Positions 25,191 to 37,969 of a DNA stretch of 64,000 bases are shown here, piece by piece. This DNA is from Octopus sinensis (taxonomy: Eukaryota): contig NC_043007.1 of the NCBI RefSeq assembly GCF_006345805.1, forward strand, positions 73,966,001 to 74,030,000, written 5' to 3'. The notes below the pieces were generated by a model. It was not told the DNA's origin, made no database searches, and worked only from the letters and a program-made list of their open reading frames with translations. The position numbers and the translations under genes were made by a program. Each line of letters opens with the position of its first letter. Position 1 is the first letter of the stretch.

Positions 25191-26098
25191 TGTCGCTTCT
25201 GACTATCTCTGTTCGAAGGTTTTATTTACCTAGTTTCGGTGGAATACATCCACTTGTTTTCAATAATAGAAATATTAAAATTACTAAGTCTCTCTAAAAG
25301 AGATTACGGCAGCGTTCCTGGAAATTAATAGTTATCGCCATACTAATATGGCATTCTTATAAAAATAAGAAAAAAGCTGTCCGCTTATTAGCTCCATGAG
25401 GCCATCGCCTTAAGTTAGCTATTCGATATATGGATACAGTGTGGAGCGACTGACCTCCCTTGTTCGAAGGTTATATGGATACAGTTTGTGTATCGAATAG
25501 CTAACTTAAGGCGATGGCCTCATGGAGCTAATAAGCGGACAGCTTTTTTCTTATTTTTATAAGAATGCCATATTAGTATGGCGATAACTATTAATTTCCA
25601 GGAACGCTGCCGTAATCTCTTTTAGAGAGACTTAGTAATTTCAATATTTCTATTATTGAAAACAAGTGGATGTATTCCACCGAAACTAGGTAAATAAAAC
25701 CTTCGAACAGAGATAGTGAGAAGCGACATTTTTGTAATTATGTTTTGTATTGTAATGTACTATCTCTGTAAGATTTTTATAATCATAATAAAGATTTTAG
25801 AAGCGACACCTACTGGGTCTGACTACGCTGCATTGACAAAGGGCAAATACCCTGAAACGCGTCTGTAGCTGTCGGTCAAGTAGTGTGGAGCGACTGACCT
25901 CCCTTGTTCGAAGGTTATATGGATACAGTTTGTGTATCGAATAGCTAACTTAAAGCGATGGCCTCATGGAGCTAATAAGCGGACAGCTTTTTTCTTATTT
26001 TTATAAGAATGCCATATTAGTATGGCGATAACTATTAATTTCCAGGAACGCTGCCGTAATCTCTTTTAGAGAGACTTAGTAATTTTAATATTTCTATT
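25191..26098. repeat. Inverted-plus-tandem array of the ~443-bp hammerhead repeat
   Basis: 25191-25428 is inverted with 25491-25728 (238-bp arms, 62-nt spacer); the unit tgtggagcgactgacc... starts at 25440 and again at 25883. Confidence 0.92.
25827..25869 (+). ncRNA. Minimal type-I hammerhead ribozyme with U3:A8 core
   Basis: Stem I GCUGCA/UGUAGC; core UUGACAA; stem II AGGG-CAAAUA-CCCU; GAA; palindromic stem III ACGCGU; GUC cleavage triplet (after 25863). Confidence 0.7.
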
Positions 26099-26147
26099 AT
26101 ATGTATACATGTATATGTATACATGTATATGTATCGCTGTATATGTA

Positions 26148-27414
26148 CGGGGTGGGGAAGCAATATTTACAATGAACGTTAAGTTGTTTTTTCTCAGCAG
26201 GCACTAAGTCAATTGTTTTGAAACCTAGCATATATTGATGTCATAATCATATCTAACACTATTATCCTTACCTTTTCAGAAACTTTTGCCCATATAAGTA
26301 ATCAGGAAAGCAAAAATCAAAGAGTATGTGATTTGCTGAATGCACTCGTCACATCAAATGAGATTTCAAGAATAGTTGGAGTGTCCATAAAGACTGTTTA
26401 TAATGTAAAGTATAGAATGACTATGAGTAAAACTATTACGAGGAAGTCTGGAAGGGGAGGAATCAACAAAAAACGTACCAAAGCTTTTATTAAAGCTCTC
26501 AAATCCCAAATCCTAAAGGATCCAACGAAATCCATGAGAAAAATGGCAACTGAACTTGAGGTAGACAACAAGACAATTAGAAATGCAATAAAATATGATT
26601 TGAGGTTAAAATCTTACACAAGAACATCAAAACACTTGTTGACAACAGCTATGAAGAAAAAGAGATTGGAAAGGTGCAAGAAAATTATTACATGGTTCAA
26701 GAAAAAGTCCTCCATTGTAACGATCTTTTCAGATGAAAAGAGCTTCACTGTCGATGATGTTCTGAACCGCAAAAATGACAGATTTATTGCAAAATCGACA
26801 GCTGAGGTTAAGGGGACATTCAAAACAAAACATTCTGCTTAAGTTATGACTTTTGGTGTTGTGGCTTCCGATGGAAGAAAATGCTTATAAAATTCTACAA
26901 AGCTGATGAAAAGATCAATGATAATACTTACTACAAGACTCTGAGATACCAGGTATTGCCATGGCTTAAAGCAAATTACCCAGATGGTAATTATGTATGG
27001 ACACAGGATGGTGCTCCAGCCCACAGAGCTAGGAAAATACAAGATTTCTGCAAATCCAACTTTAGCAATTTTTTAAAAATCATGTTTATGTCCCTCTGGA
27101 TTATGCTATTTGGGGCGTTTTAGAACATGCTATTAATAGAACATCACACAGTAATGTCGACTCTCTTAAAGATACTATTAAAGAAGAATGGGAGAAGTTG
27201 TCTCCTGAATATTTGAGGAACACTCGTGCAAGTTTCAGGGAGCGTGTGAAGGCAGTTATTGAGAAAGAAGGCGGACACATGGAATAAAAACATTTTCTAT
27301 TGTGTAAATTTTCTTGTAGCAAATAAATTCTCATGACTCTAAATAAACTAATTGGTCATACACTATCTTTCAATCCCTGCATCAAAATATTGTGAATTTT
27401 GCTTCCCCACCCTG
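26148..27414 (+). mobile_element. Tc1/mariner-superfamily DNA transposon (DDxD, maT-like), disrupted transposase
   Basis: TIRs cggggtggggaagcaatatttacaat / attgtgaattttgcttccccaccctg; TA on both sides; IFSDEK, WTQDGAPAH and PLDYAIW motifs; stop codon and frameshifts. Confidence 0.9.
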
Positions 27415-27570
27415 TATAGATGTATTTATATACATATAGATGTATATGTATACATATATATGTGTAGATGTATATATATATAGATAGATGTACATGCAAT
27501 ATGTACACACATATATACATGCATACATATATACACCCATACACACACACCACACACACACACACACACA

Positions 27571-27607
<37 letters not shown>

Positions 27608-28022
27608 ATATATATATATAGAATATTATATATATATATATAGATATATATACATCGATGCAGGTGTGGCTGGGTGGTAACAAACTTGGTTCCAAAACAC
27701 ATGGTCTTGGATTCAGTCCGGTGACTTCGCATGTGTCTTCTGCTATACAAAATATACATTAAGTGAAAACTAAGTACTATAATCTACCACTCTCTTATAT
27801 TTATTTTGTAAAAATATTATAATATATTATAAAATATTATAATAATCCAGGTTTCTCGGAGCACTAGGCCACTTGGTGTAGAATGGATATACTATTAAAT
27901 TAGTATCTAATTCTCTCACCCTTATTAATTAATTATAATTATGCTGCATTTATTTCTAAATGCTGTATTTGTTTTCCGTGAAAATTTGGCGCGCTGTTAG
28001 TTGGGGCATTTGAATTATAACG

Positions 28023-28122
28023 NNNNNNNNNNNNNNNNNNNNNNNNNNNNNNNNNNNNNNNNNNNNNNNNNNNNNNNNNNNNNNNNNNNNNNNNNNNNNN
28101 NNNNNNNNNNNNNNNNNNNNNN
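28023..28122. other. Assembly gap (100 N)
   Basis: Run of exactly 100 N. Confidence 1.
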
Positions 28123-28254
28123 TGTTGTTGGGTTGGAATCGAGGGCGTACGGTTGCCAAGTAAACTTCGTAACTATGCACCTCTGTTCACCAGATTATAA
28201 AAATATCACCCAATATTGAATTGAATTACTTTGAGCTTTTTCACATTCATCTCT

Positions 28255-28469
28255 TTACTCTTTTACTTGTTTCAGTCATTTGACTGCAGCCATGCTGGAG
28301 CACCGCCTTTAATCGAGCAAGTCGACCCCGGGACTTTCTTTGTAAGCCCAGTACTTATTCTATCGGTCTCTTTTGCCGAACCGCTAAGTAACGGGGACAT
28401 AAACCACACCAGCATCGGTTGTCAAGCAATGCTAAGGGGACAAACACAGACACACAAACATACACACGC

Positions 28470-28537
<68 letters not shown>

Positions 28538-28725
28538 TATATATTATATATATACACATATATACGACGGGCTTCTTTCAGTTTCCGTCTACCAAATCCA
28601 CTCACAAGGCTTTGGTCGGCCCGAAGCTATAGTAGAAGACACTTGCCCAAGATGCCACGCAGTGGTACTGAACCGAAACCATGTGGTTGGTAGACAAGCT
28701 ACTTACCACACAGCCACTCCTGCGC
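28255..28725 (-). mobile_element. tRNA-derived SINE family S2
   Basis: Full consensus with an internal (TA)/(TG) tract; other copies at about 35860-36235(+), 47650-48045(-), 54955-55325(-), 59975-60420(-), 61140-61565(+). Confidence 0.88.
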
Positions 28726-30584
28726 CTATCTATGGAGATTTTATTATCTTTTCTAATTGGTTTCATCACACAAATAGCAAAAATATTGTATTTTTATCAC
28801 AGAAATGTAAGTCCTAGAGGAGAAAAAATATTGCCTTGTATTTCTCTATTCTTTAAAAATATATACAACTTTATTCATATAGTGTGTTTCTATTTTAAAT
28901 GCTGTTTAATTTAGTTATCTTCAATCTGTGTGATTTTAAAACAATTATCGGTTTATAATTCATATATTAAAATGATAACATATTTAAAGTCGTCAGCCAA
29001 GAAATGTTTAATTTCTTGAACTAACATCTGTAGTAATGTGAAAATATTATCTTAATTAGTGATTCTGGTCAAGAAAGGTAGGGGAAGCAACTTTGCAATT
29101 TAAATTAATAAAGTGTAGAGTTACTGTAGCTTTTCATTTTAATGTTTGGCAACAGAGTAACATCTTTGGACAAGTCTTGGTTTTAATATCACAGAATAAG
29201 AAACTAACTCCTTAATCGCTGTTTCTTCTTTTTCTATTACTTCTGCATCCATCGTTTCTTTTAATCCTTTAGTCAAGAAACGAAGACATCGTCTGTGATC
29301 CGTAACAAGGCATCCAAACGGGGGGGGGAGGAAAACAGTGGTCTCCGCTAAAGGCACCCCATGTTCCAGGGTGTTAAACCGGGGGACAGAATTAAATAGA
29401 GCATAGCGGGACTTGAACTGAGAACACAAAGTGAAAAGACAAATGCCACAAGGCATCGTGTCCAAATTCTTATACCTCCGTTACCCCACCACTTTCGATT
29501 GGTCCTTTATCGACCCCGAAAATGAGGAAAGGCAAAGTTGATCTTGCTGGGATTTGAACCGAGAGTGATTTGAACACGCTCTAATGATGCAGCCAATTCG
29601 TGGCCCCTAAATATGAAAAAGTCATCACACTCCCGATTGCTGAACATGCCGAAGTGCTACGATACTCGAACCCTTTAGGCTGATTTAAGATGAAATCGAA
29701 AAGGCATTTAATGACATTTTAGATTGAGGAAAAACTTAGATATAATGTTTATATTCCGTGCCGAGACATAATAAATGTGTATCTGAGCATTAGATACACA
29801 TTGATAAATAAGAGAAAATAGCTTTTGCATGTTACAAGATTTCAAGGTTACTGAGCAATATGGTAACGGTTTGCTTCAACCAGGTAGAAAGGTAGAGTAT
29901 TTTAGATGAAGGGAAAACACCAAGTAGAACCATTCATTAGCAATGTAATTAAATTGAATTGACTTCACCGGGAATGAAAAGAGCGGGTAACAGACATTTT
30001 ATCGAAAGTTATTCAGCTAAAATTGTAGAACAAAATACTCTACACATTTCTCTATAGAGTTACGCACAAGCTCAATTGATATTAAAACATCAAATATTCT
30101 AAAATGACTAAGATTAAAGAATATTAAGTCTGATTTCAAAAAAAAAAAAAAAAGAGAAATGACCATTTCAGCAGCGATAATTTAAAGACGTTAAAGGAAT
30201 TATCATAGATTTGAAATTATTATTCTTATGTTAAATCTATTTATATTTCCTAGATATAATGATTGCATAATGTAGTTTTAAATTTTTGACATCGACATCA
30301 TACAAAAACAATTGCATATCTCATTTTTTTTTTAGACGGGTTATTTTGTCTTCAAATTACATAAAACATATAAAGAAGTCTGTAAATTTAAGCCATGATT
30401 TAAAATAAAGGTCTGTAATGCATATAAAATATATAAACTCTATAGATTGTCGTTTACTGTATCAGCTGATGTGCATAAGATTTCCTTCGTATTATCTATC
30501 TCATTACTAGTTATTAGAAATTACCAGAAGCTACTATTTCGATGAATTTGTGAATTTAGTTATATATATATATGTGTGTGTGTG

Positions 30585-30661
<77 letters not shown>

Positions 30662-31344
30662 ACACAAACATACACACACACACACACAATTTATAAACGG
30701 TTTCATACTTTAGAAATACAATATATTGGCTGATTTATATGACATGCCAAGAAATCTTTCAAGCTCAGTACATATCGTTAGCTGTATTAAAAACCAGGAC
30801 GCTGGTTTATGAGAAAAACATGAAAACAAAAAAAAAAAAAACGTGCAGAAAAAAAGCGCAAAAAAGATGCAAAAAAATGGGAAGCGAAAAGAAAGAAAAG
30901 AAAAGTAAGAAAACCAAGATCTTCTAAAAACCAAGAGGATCAAGGTCCTTATTTTTTTACTTTTTTATCTTTCTATCTTTTTTTCCCGTTCCACTTTTTG
31001 CATCAATCTTCTTCGTCCTTTTTTCTGCTCATTCTTTTTCCTTCGTGCTTCCACATAGACCATCGTCTCGGTTTTTAAATACATTCAGCGATATGCACTG
31101 AACCTGAAAGATTGCATGGAGGTACATGACACATTATATAGATTAGCCAAATTATGGTATCTCTAGAGCATGAAACTGTTAGTACTTTTTTTTTTTTTGT
31201 AAATTGTGTTTATAAAATGATATTTATCCCTCACTAGACTACGTTTTTTGTTGATCCTAACTATAATGGAACTGCAAACTATATATATATATTTTTTCTT
31301 TCTTGTTTCAGCTCAGAGCTGCGGCCATGCTGATGCACCGCCGT

Positions 31345-31422
<78 letters not shown>

Positions 31423-31437
31423 CATACATACATATAC

Positions 31438-31488
<51 letters not shown>

Positions 31489-31649
31489 ATATATATATTA
31501 TATATATATATCTCATTTTCTAAGATGTGTGTTTCTAAGACTTTTCCTAAGAATCTTTTGTCGTAGCAGTGACAAGCTATTTCTTGTAGTACTATGCAAC
31601 CAGTTATTTCTTACTAAATAAATTCAATTTTGAAGCTAAAGTTGAAACG

Positions 31650-31972
31650 ATCTAATTCGCACTTGGCCCAGGCACTCCGTCGGTTAACGACGGCGAGTGT
31701 TCCAGTTGAACCCGATCAATGGAACAACCTGTTCGTGAAATTAGCGTGCAAGTCGCTGAGCACTCTACGCACTCGCGTAGTTTTTTCAAGTGGATTCAGT
31801 GTGACACAGAATGTGACAAAACTACAGGTACAACTCATTTTTGAGAGCTGAGCAGATTAGAGCAACGTGAAATAAAAGTGTCTTGATCAAGAACACAACG
31901 TACCACCGGAAATCGAACTCACAATGTTATTATCGTGAGCTGAATCCTTCACCATTAAGCCACGCACTTTCA
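31650..31972 (-). mobile_element. tRNA-derived SINE of a third family
   Basis: Minus strand begins gtgaaagtgcgtggcttaatggtgaaggattcagctcacgataataacattgtgagttcgatttcc, with A/B-box-like motifs. Confidence 0.65.
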
Positions 31973-32793
31973 CTTAATGTTGACTGAATGGTTTAATTAA
32001 GGTTTTACTGAAAGTTTTTTTTTAAGCAGAGATAAATACATACTTTGACATACAGCGCCTCAAGATGTTTCAATAGTCCATCGAAGCTAGTACGCCATGG
32101 TAGCTGTGATCTCGTAAAGCTTTTGCTAGCAACTTAAAAGTAAAACCTCCTTACAAGAGTGTATCTTTTGAACTCCTTGTAGAGTTTGGCACCAATATTC
32201 CTACAGGATAACTTATAAAAAAAAAACAACAACTTAAACCAAATTCATTCACACCATTAACTAAACACAGGACGGAGAAAAACTGATGAAGTGCAGCACA
32301 AAAATCTAAAGGTTTGCAAGTGTTGCTGAAAATAAAGTGTTGACGCTCTTTGTGTCGTTACATTTACTGGTAAGAAGCTTATTATTGTACTGTTTGGTGC
32401 AAACATTTGATAGTGAGAAAAATGTTCATGAATCCCTTACCCCAAAATTTAGTGTATTAAAATAAAATGTTGAATTTCACAACGTGATAATAGAAAAACA
32501 TGATTAAAAAATATTTGAAATTTTACTTCCATTTTCTTGTCACTGAAATTCATATATTCTTCACAAATATCAACTCATTGTTATGAGCATTTTAATCTTA
32601 TTTACACGCATGCATACACGATCAACCGCATACGCATGCCTACTAACCCATTCAAACATGTTAGGTTCCAAAATTCTTTTGACTCTTTTTCCTTGATAAC
32701 CATCTGCTATTCTTTGTTTAAAAAAAAATTACAAGGCAATAACATTGAAATAAGTGATAGTACACAACACTTCTTCCCTTATAGTTTATCACA

Positions 32794-32853
<60 letters not shown>

Positions 32854-32932
32854 CACTCGTGAACATATACACATGCACATACACTTACGCTCACACATTA
32901 GTTGCATGTGTGTTTTTGTGAATTTGGGTACC

Positions 32933-34048
32933 TTACATGCGCCACGGGGTTTTAATCGCTGTTTTTCCAATGATTTTCTTGTGGATTCTGCGGCAAATAT
33001 TAGTTCGCCTTTCCATTAGAACTATTTTCTTATTTGAAATCTTTGTTTGGAGATCTGTACAGACGGTATGTCCTGAACGGACGCTATTTGTGTCGTTATA
33101 TTTAGTGGCAAGAAGCTTATTGTTGTACTGTTTGAAGTTCTTTTGGAAACCTTCATAGTTTCCAACTTGGGTTGTTTGGTGAACGGCAAGAACAGTGTTT
33201 GTAACGTCAATCACAACAAAACGAGATAATAAAGAATAAGTGACCAACCAATTGTCGTAAGCTGGACTACCAACAATCAATTCAGGAATATTTTCCCATG
33301 GATAGTTTTTAGTTGTAAAGAAATAATCTTCAGCGTCCGAACGGAAAATTTTACCGCGATGGCGTGCTGCATTTTCGATAGAAGAACTACTGGAAGCTTC
33401 TTGTTCTGTGAGATTCATTACGTTTGTCCGACGACCGACTATGAATACTGGAGAAGTTGAGTAATCGATTTTCTGATCAATCAACTCTAATGTTGGTATA
33501 AGGTTCGAATTGAACAGTATGTCTGAGTTAACGTAAGCGTAGAAAGTGCTGTTGATATTTCTTAAAACATAGAGAAACATATGCTTAAGTATAGGCACAC
33601 CAACTTCACCAGCCACCGGAACTGACCATATTTCGCAATTTGGACAGGAACATTCAGAATAATTCACTGAATCATTGAGGAACAGAATCACTCTGACATC
33701 ATAACCTAATGATAACCAGTTTTTTAAAGAATTGATGTGTATTTTATGCTTCTGGTCTTTGCTGTTCCACGTTGTGAAAAGCGTAAGAAAGGCTTTGTTT
33801 CTGGTTTGATTTTGATTTGGTACATTTTCTGAACGACACGTGTCGTTAACGGATAAAGTGTAGTTAAAATCTTTTGGAAACTCAAAAGATTGTTTTAAAA
33901 TATTGTTATTGAAATTGGCATCAGTAATAATTGACGGCGTAGTAAGTTCTAATGAAATTGAAAATTGCTTGAAATAAGACACAATCCCTACAGTCATAAT
34001 AATGTAAATGACTGCAATAAAGATTAAGAATTGGTTGCGCCGCATCAT
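32933..34048 (-). CDS. Single-exon ORF for a type II membrane glycosyltransferase-like protein (371 aa)
   Basis: Uninterrupted non-repetitive ORF; N-terminal hydrophobic anchor (FLIFIAVIYIIMTVGIVSYF); several N-x-S/T sequons; YVNSDILF (DxD-like), VGRRTNV, AEDYFF, PAYDNWLV and IDVTNTVLAVHQ motifs typical of GT-A-like folds; splice acceptor 44 nt upstream of the ATG. Confidence 0.85.
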   Translation of the reverse strand: MMRRNQFLIFIAVIYIIMTVGIVSYFKQFSISLELTTPSIITDANFNNNILKQSFEFPKDFNYTLSVNDTCRSENVPNQNQTRNKAFLTLFTTWNSKDQKHKIHINSLKNWLSLGYDVRVILFLNDSVNYSECSCPNCEIWSVPVAGEVGVPILKHMFLYVLRNINSTFYAYVNSDILFNSNLIPTLELIDQKIDYSTSPVFIVGRRTNVMNLTEQEASSSSSIENAARHRGKIFRSDAEDYFFTTKNYPWENIPELIVGSPAYDNWLVTYSLLSRFVVIDVTNTVLAVHQTTQVGNYEGFQKNFKQYNNKLLATKYNDTNSVRSGHTVCTDLQTKISNKKIVLMERRTNICRRIHKKIIGKTAIKTPWRM

Positions 34049-34092
34049 AATTGGCTGGTGTCGAGTTTGGCAAACCAGTATTCTTTACTTCA

Positions 34093-34115
34093 CTGCAAAA
34101 AGAAAAAAAAAAGAA
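34093..34115 (-). promoter_or_regulatory. 3' splice site preceding the coding exon
   Basis: Minus strand reads a long T-rich polypyrimidine tract, ctttttgcAG|tgaagtaaag...attATGATG, implying an upstream untranslated exon. Confidence 0.75.
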
Positions 34116-34308
34116 TGATTAAAAACAAAATTTAACATTCATTTCAGTTAAACAACAATAATATTAATATAGGAGATGTACTTGCATAGCAAGTGATTTG
34201 ATCTGAGATCGTGTGCTGAAACGAAAACAATTGCAGCGTGGAAGGTGTTTGTAAGCCATTTAAGAAACACACAAAAGCCGTTCGATTCACTTCAACATTT
34301 AAGTTTAA

Positions 34309-34359
34309 TTTGTCAAAATATTTTCGTCGCTTTAAGACTGCGACTTGTTCACTGACAAA
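34309..34359 (-). ncRNA. Minimal type-I hammerhead-like motif with G3:C8 core, in a Penelope-like repeat (~34145-34380)
   Basis: Stem I UUUGUCA/UGACAAA; core GUGAACA plus one extra A; stem II GUCGC/GCGAC; GAA; palindromic stem III AAUAUU; U17. Confidence 0.62.
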
Positions 34360-37102
34360 AATCCGTGGCATCTGCAAATATTAATATAATTAAGCATGTT
34401 TTATTTAATTTAATATTGGAATAGTACCAATATCTATTTCTTTACTACCCACATGGGGCTTAACACAGAGCGGACAAACAAGGACAGACAAACGGATTAA
34501 ATCGATTATATCGACCCCGGTGCGTAACTGGTACTTAATTTATCGACCCCGAAAGGATGAAAGGCAAAGTCGACCGCGGCGGAATTTGAACTCAGAACGT
34601 AACGGCAGACGAAATACAGCTACGCATTTCGCCCGGCGTGCTAACGTTTCTGCCAGCTCGCCGCCAATATCGTACCATGCTGCCCAGTATGCCGAGGTCG
34701 ACTTTGCCTTTCCTACTGGGCAGTTGCCTACAGTCCTTATGGGTCTAAGGGCCTCATTCTGATCTATGTATGGTATGGCTTGCTGTCAATAAATAAATAC
34801 TATAGGGCCCGTTGCATTGATTTGCCTGGAGGCCTATAATGTTACTAAGACGGTCCTGAATATTAGACTGCTGGAAGACTTAAAAATTTACTTCATTTCT
34901 TCAAAGATTTGAACCACATTATTTACCAGTCCTGTTTCTTTCTATACATGTTTAGCAAATGTATTCTTCTTACTATATGTATTCTTACTATATTATGTTC
35001 GAGCTGGCAGAAACGTTAGCACGCCGGGCGAAATGCGTAGTTGTATTTCGTCTGCCGTTACGTTCTGAGTTCAAATTCCTTCGAGGTCGACTTTGCCTTT
35101 TATCCTTTCGGGTTCGAGAAATTAAGTACCAGTTACGCACTGGGGTCGATATAATCGACTTAATCCGTTTGTCTGTCCTTGTTTGTTCCCTTTATGTTTA
35201 GCCCCTTGTGGGTAATAAAGAAACATACATTATGTTGGCACTAATTTTACCAACAGCAATGTAGGTAGTGTTAGACAGCCCTAGGTGGCACTTTTTGAGG
35301 GTAGCACTTTTAGATCAGCTGTAGTGAAGAGGGGCAAACTGAAGGCTGCCCCGAGTGCCACACACTTCAGCCACTGCTTACTATGTACATTTCGTACAGA
35401 CCTCGTCACTGAGTTATTAGTTTGTAGCCCCAGTGAACATGCTGTTACCCTCAACCACTTCTCCTTTTCCGAGGATTTTCCCACTCGTTAAATGGAGCGG
35501 CCAAGGGCACTCAGCTGGCAAATATGAGTCGTGCGTGCAGTTCAGTAGGTCGGCCTTCTTACGTTCGATGTGTCACGTTGGACCTCTCTGAGAACTACGA
35601 CAAGGGTTCGTGCGCCTGTGAAGTACTCAATCACTTGCATGTTAATTTCCCGAGAAGGCTGTTCCTTTGATCGGATAAACTGGAACCCTCGTCGCCATAA
35701 CTGACGGAGTATCAGCTGTCATTGTATATGATACAGTATGTATGTATGCTAAAGGAAGATATTTTTTTTATAAAATCCAAAACGGACCATCATAAAATAT
35801 TGCTGATCTCCAGTTCTACAAGATTTTCATGAAAATTAAGCCTTTCGACATGATTGTGTGATTAAGGAGCTCACTTTGAAATCGCGTGATTTTGGGTCCA
35901 ATCCCCCAGTACGGCATCTTGGGAATGCATCTTCTACCCGGGCCGACCAATGCTTTATGAGTGAGTATGATAGACGGAAATCGTGTGGAAATCTGTCTAG
36001 CGTGCATGTTTTTGTCCCCAACAATGCTTTACAACTGGAGTTGGATGGTTTATATACCCGTAATTTAGCGGTTTGACAAAAGTGAACGATAGAATAAGTA
36101 CCAGACTTTATATGAAAGAAAAAACAATTCATTAGTACTGGGGTCAACCTTTCCGCCTAAAAAAAAACTCTTCAATGAGGTGCTCCAGTGTGGCCACAGT
36201 CCAATGAGTGAAACAAGTATAACATAAAAGATATCAATATCCCGACATATCTCCCGCACATAAATACATTTGTATGTAAGTATGTATGTATGTATGTATG
36301 TATGTATGTATGTATGTATGTGTGAATGTATGTATGTGTGTATGCATGTATGTGTGTGTATGTATGTATGTATGTATGTATGTATGTATGTATGTATGTA
36401 TGTATGTATGTATGTATGTATGTATGTATGTACTTCCTGGATATGATTTGAAGCTGCATCCGATAGTGGGACTCTGGTTCGGGTTTTCCAACGTCTTGAA
36501 GAATGTGGAATTACCCCTTAGCCATTATTGTTTCCAGCCCTACTCTGACCTGGACTTGTAGCACCAGTGAAGGTGCCAGCTATGTGTTAACTAGCATTTG
36601 TGATGACAACCCATCTGAGCGCGGGGTTACAGAAATGCCCTTCGTTGCTGTCTGGACGCGCAGTAAAACCACCAGAAGTGGAGGGCTCTTAATTGTTGTC
36701 ACCGCATCCTTCTAATAGAAGGACACTCTGATGTAAAACATGCGATTTCATGTTATTATTAGTCATCTCGCTTCGGCCTATCACTAGGAAATAATCACGA
36801 AGACTCAAGAGCAGTTCTTATGTTGCTCAAACGTTTACCACTATAACCCATTGATGTACAGGTTTCTCTTTAAGGCTTATTTGTCCCTCCATCGACTGAA
36901 AGCCCTATTGCGATGGAAGAGTGGCGATGGACGAGTGACAGATTTAACCAGTTGGAAGCGCTAAGTAAATTACAAGTTTCGTTTGTCACCTACTCTTCAA
37001 ACCATGCAAATCTGCAATGAGATTGAACAGTCATCTGAGAGGTCAAAGATGGAAAGTCAGAAATGCTATTAGGCGAAGTGGCACAAGGAGGCATCAGTCA
37101 TC

Positions 37103-37830
37103 ATGTATGTACGTGTATGTATGTATGTATGTATGTATGTATGCATGTATGTATGTATGTATTTATGCATGTATGTAGTATGTAGGTATGTGTGTATGTA
37201 TGTATGTATGTATGTATGTAGTATGTATGTATGTATGCATGTATGTATGTATTATGTATGCATGTATGTATGTCTGTGTGTATGTATGTATGTATGTATG
37301 TATGTATGTATGTATGTATGTATTAAATGTATTATGTATGCATGTATGTATGTATGTATGTGTGTATGTATGTATGTATGTATGCATATGTATTATGTAT
37401 GTATGGTGTATGTATGTATGTATGTATGTATGCATGTATGTATGTATGTATGTATGTATGTAGTATGTATGTATGTATGTATGCATGTATGTATGTATGT
37501 ATGTATGTGTGTATGTATGTTGTATGTATGTATGTATTATGTATGAATGTATGTATGTGTGTATTTATGTCTGTATGTATGTATGTATGTATGTCTGTAT
37601 GTATGTATGTATGTAATGTATGTATGTGTGTATGTATGTATGTATGTATGCATGTATGTATGTATGTATGTATGTGTGTATGTATGTATGTATGTATGTA
37701 TGTATGTATGCCTGTATGTATGTATGTATGTATGCATGTATGTATGTATGTATTATGTGTATGTATGTATGTATGTATGTATGTATATATGTATGCATGT
37801 ATGTATGTGTTATGTATGTATGTACATATA
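37103..37830. repeat. Long degenerate (ATGT)n microsatellite
   Basis: Seen directly; similar tracts at 36270-36432, 38528-38640, 41485-41555, 43245-43450 and elsewhere. Confidence 0.97.
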
Positions 37831-37854
37831 AGAGAACAAGGTGTACGTACGCTG

Positions 37855-37898
<44 letters not shown>

Positions 37899-37906
37899 TA
37901 TCTATC

Positions 37907-37966
<60 letters not shown>

Positions 37967-37969
37967 ACG

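Noticed and set aside
25191-26098. Repeat array as a CRISPR, spliced-leader RNA or snRNA cluster
   Set aside because: Eukaryotic context, no repeat-spacer alternation, and no recognisable Sm site or snRNA sequence; the hammerhead repeat explains it better.
29139-29465. 108-aa minus-strand ORF as a gene or exon
   Set aside because: No recognisable motif, GTG start, adjacent to a SINE fragment; insufficient support.
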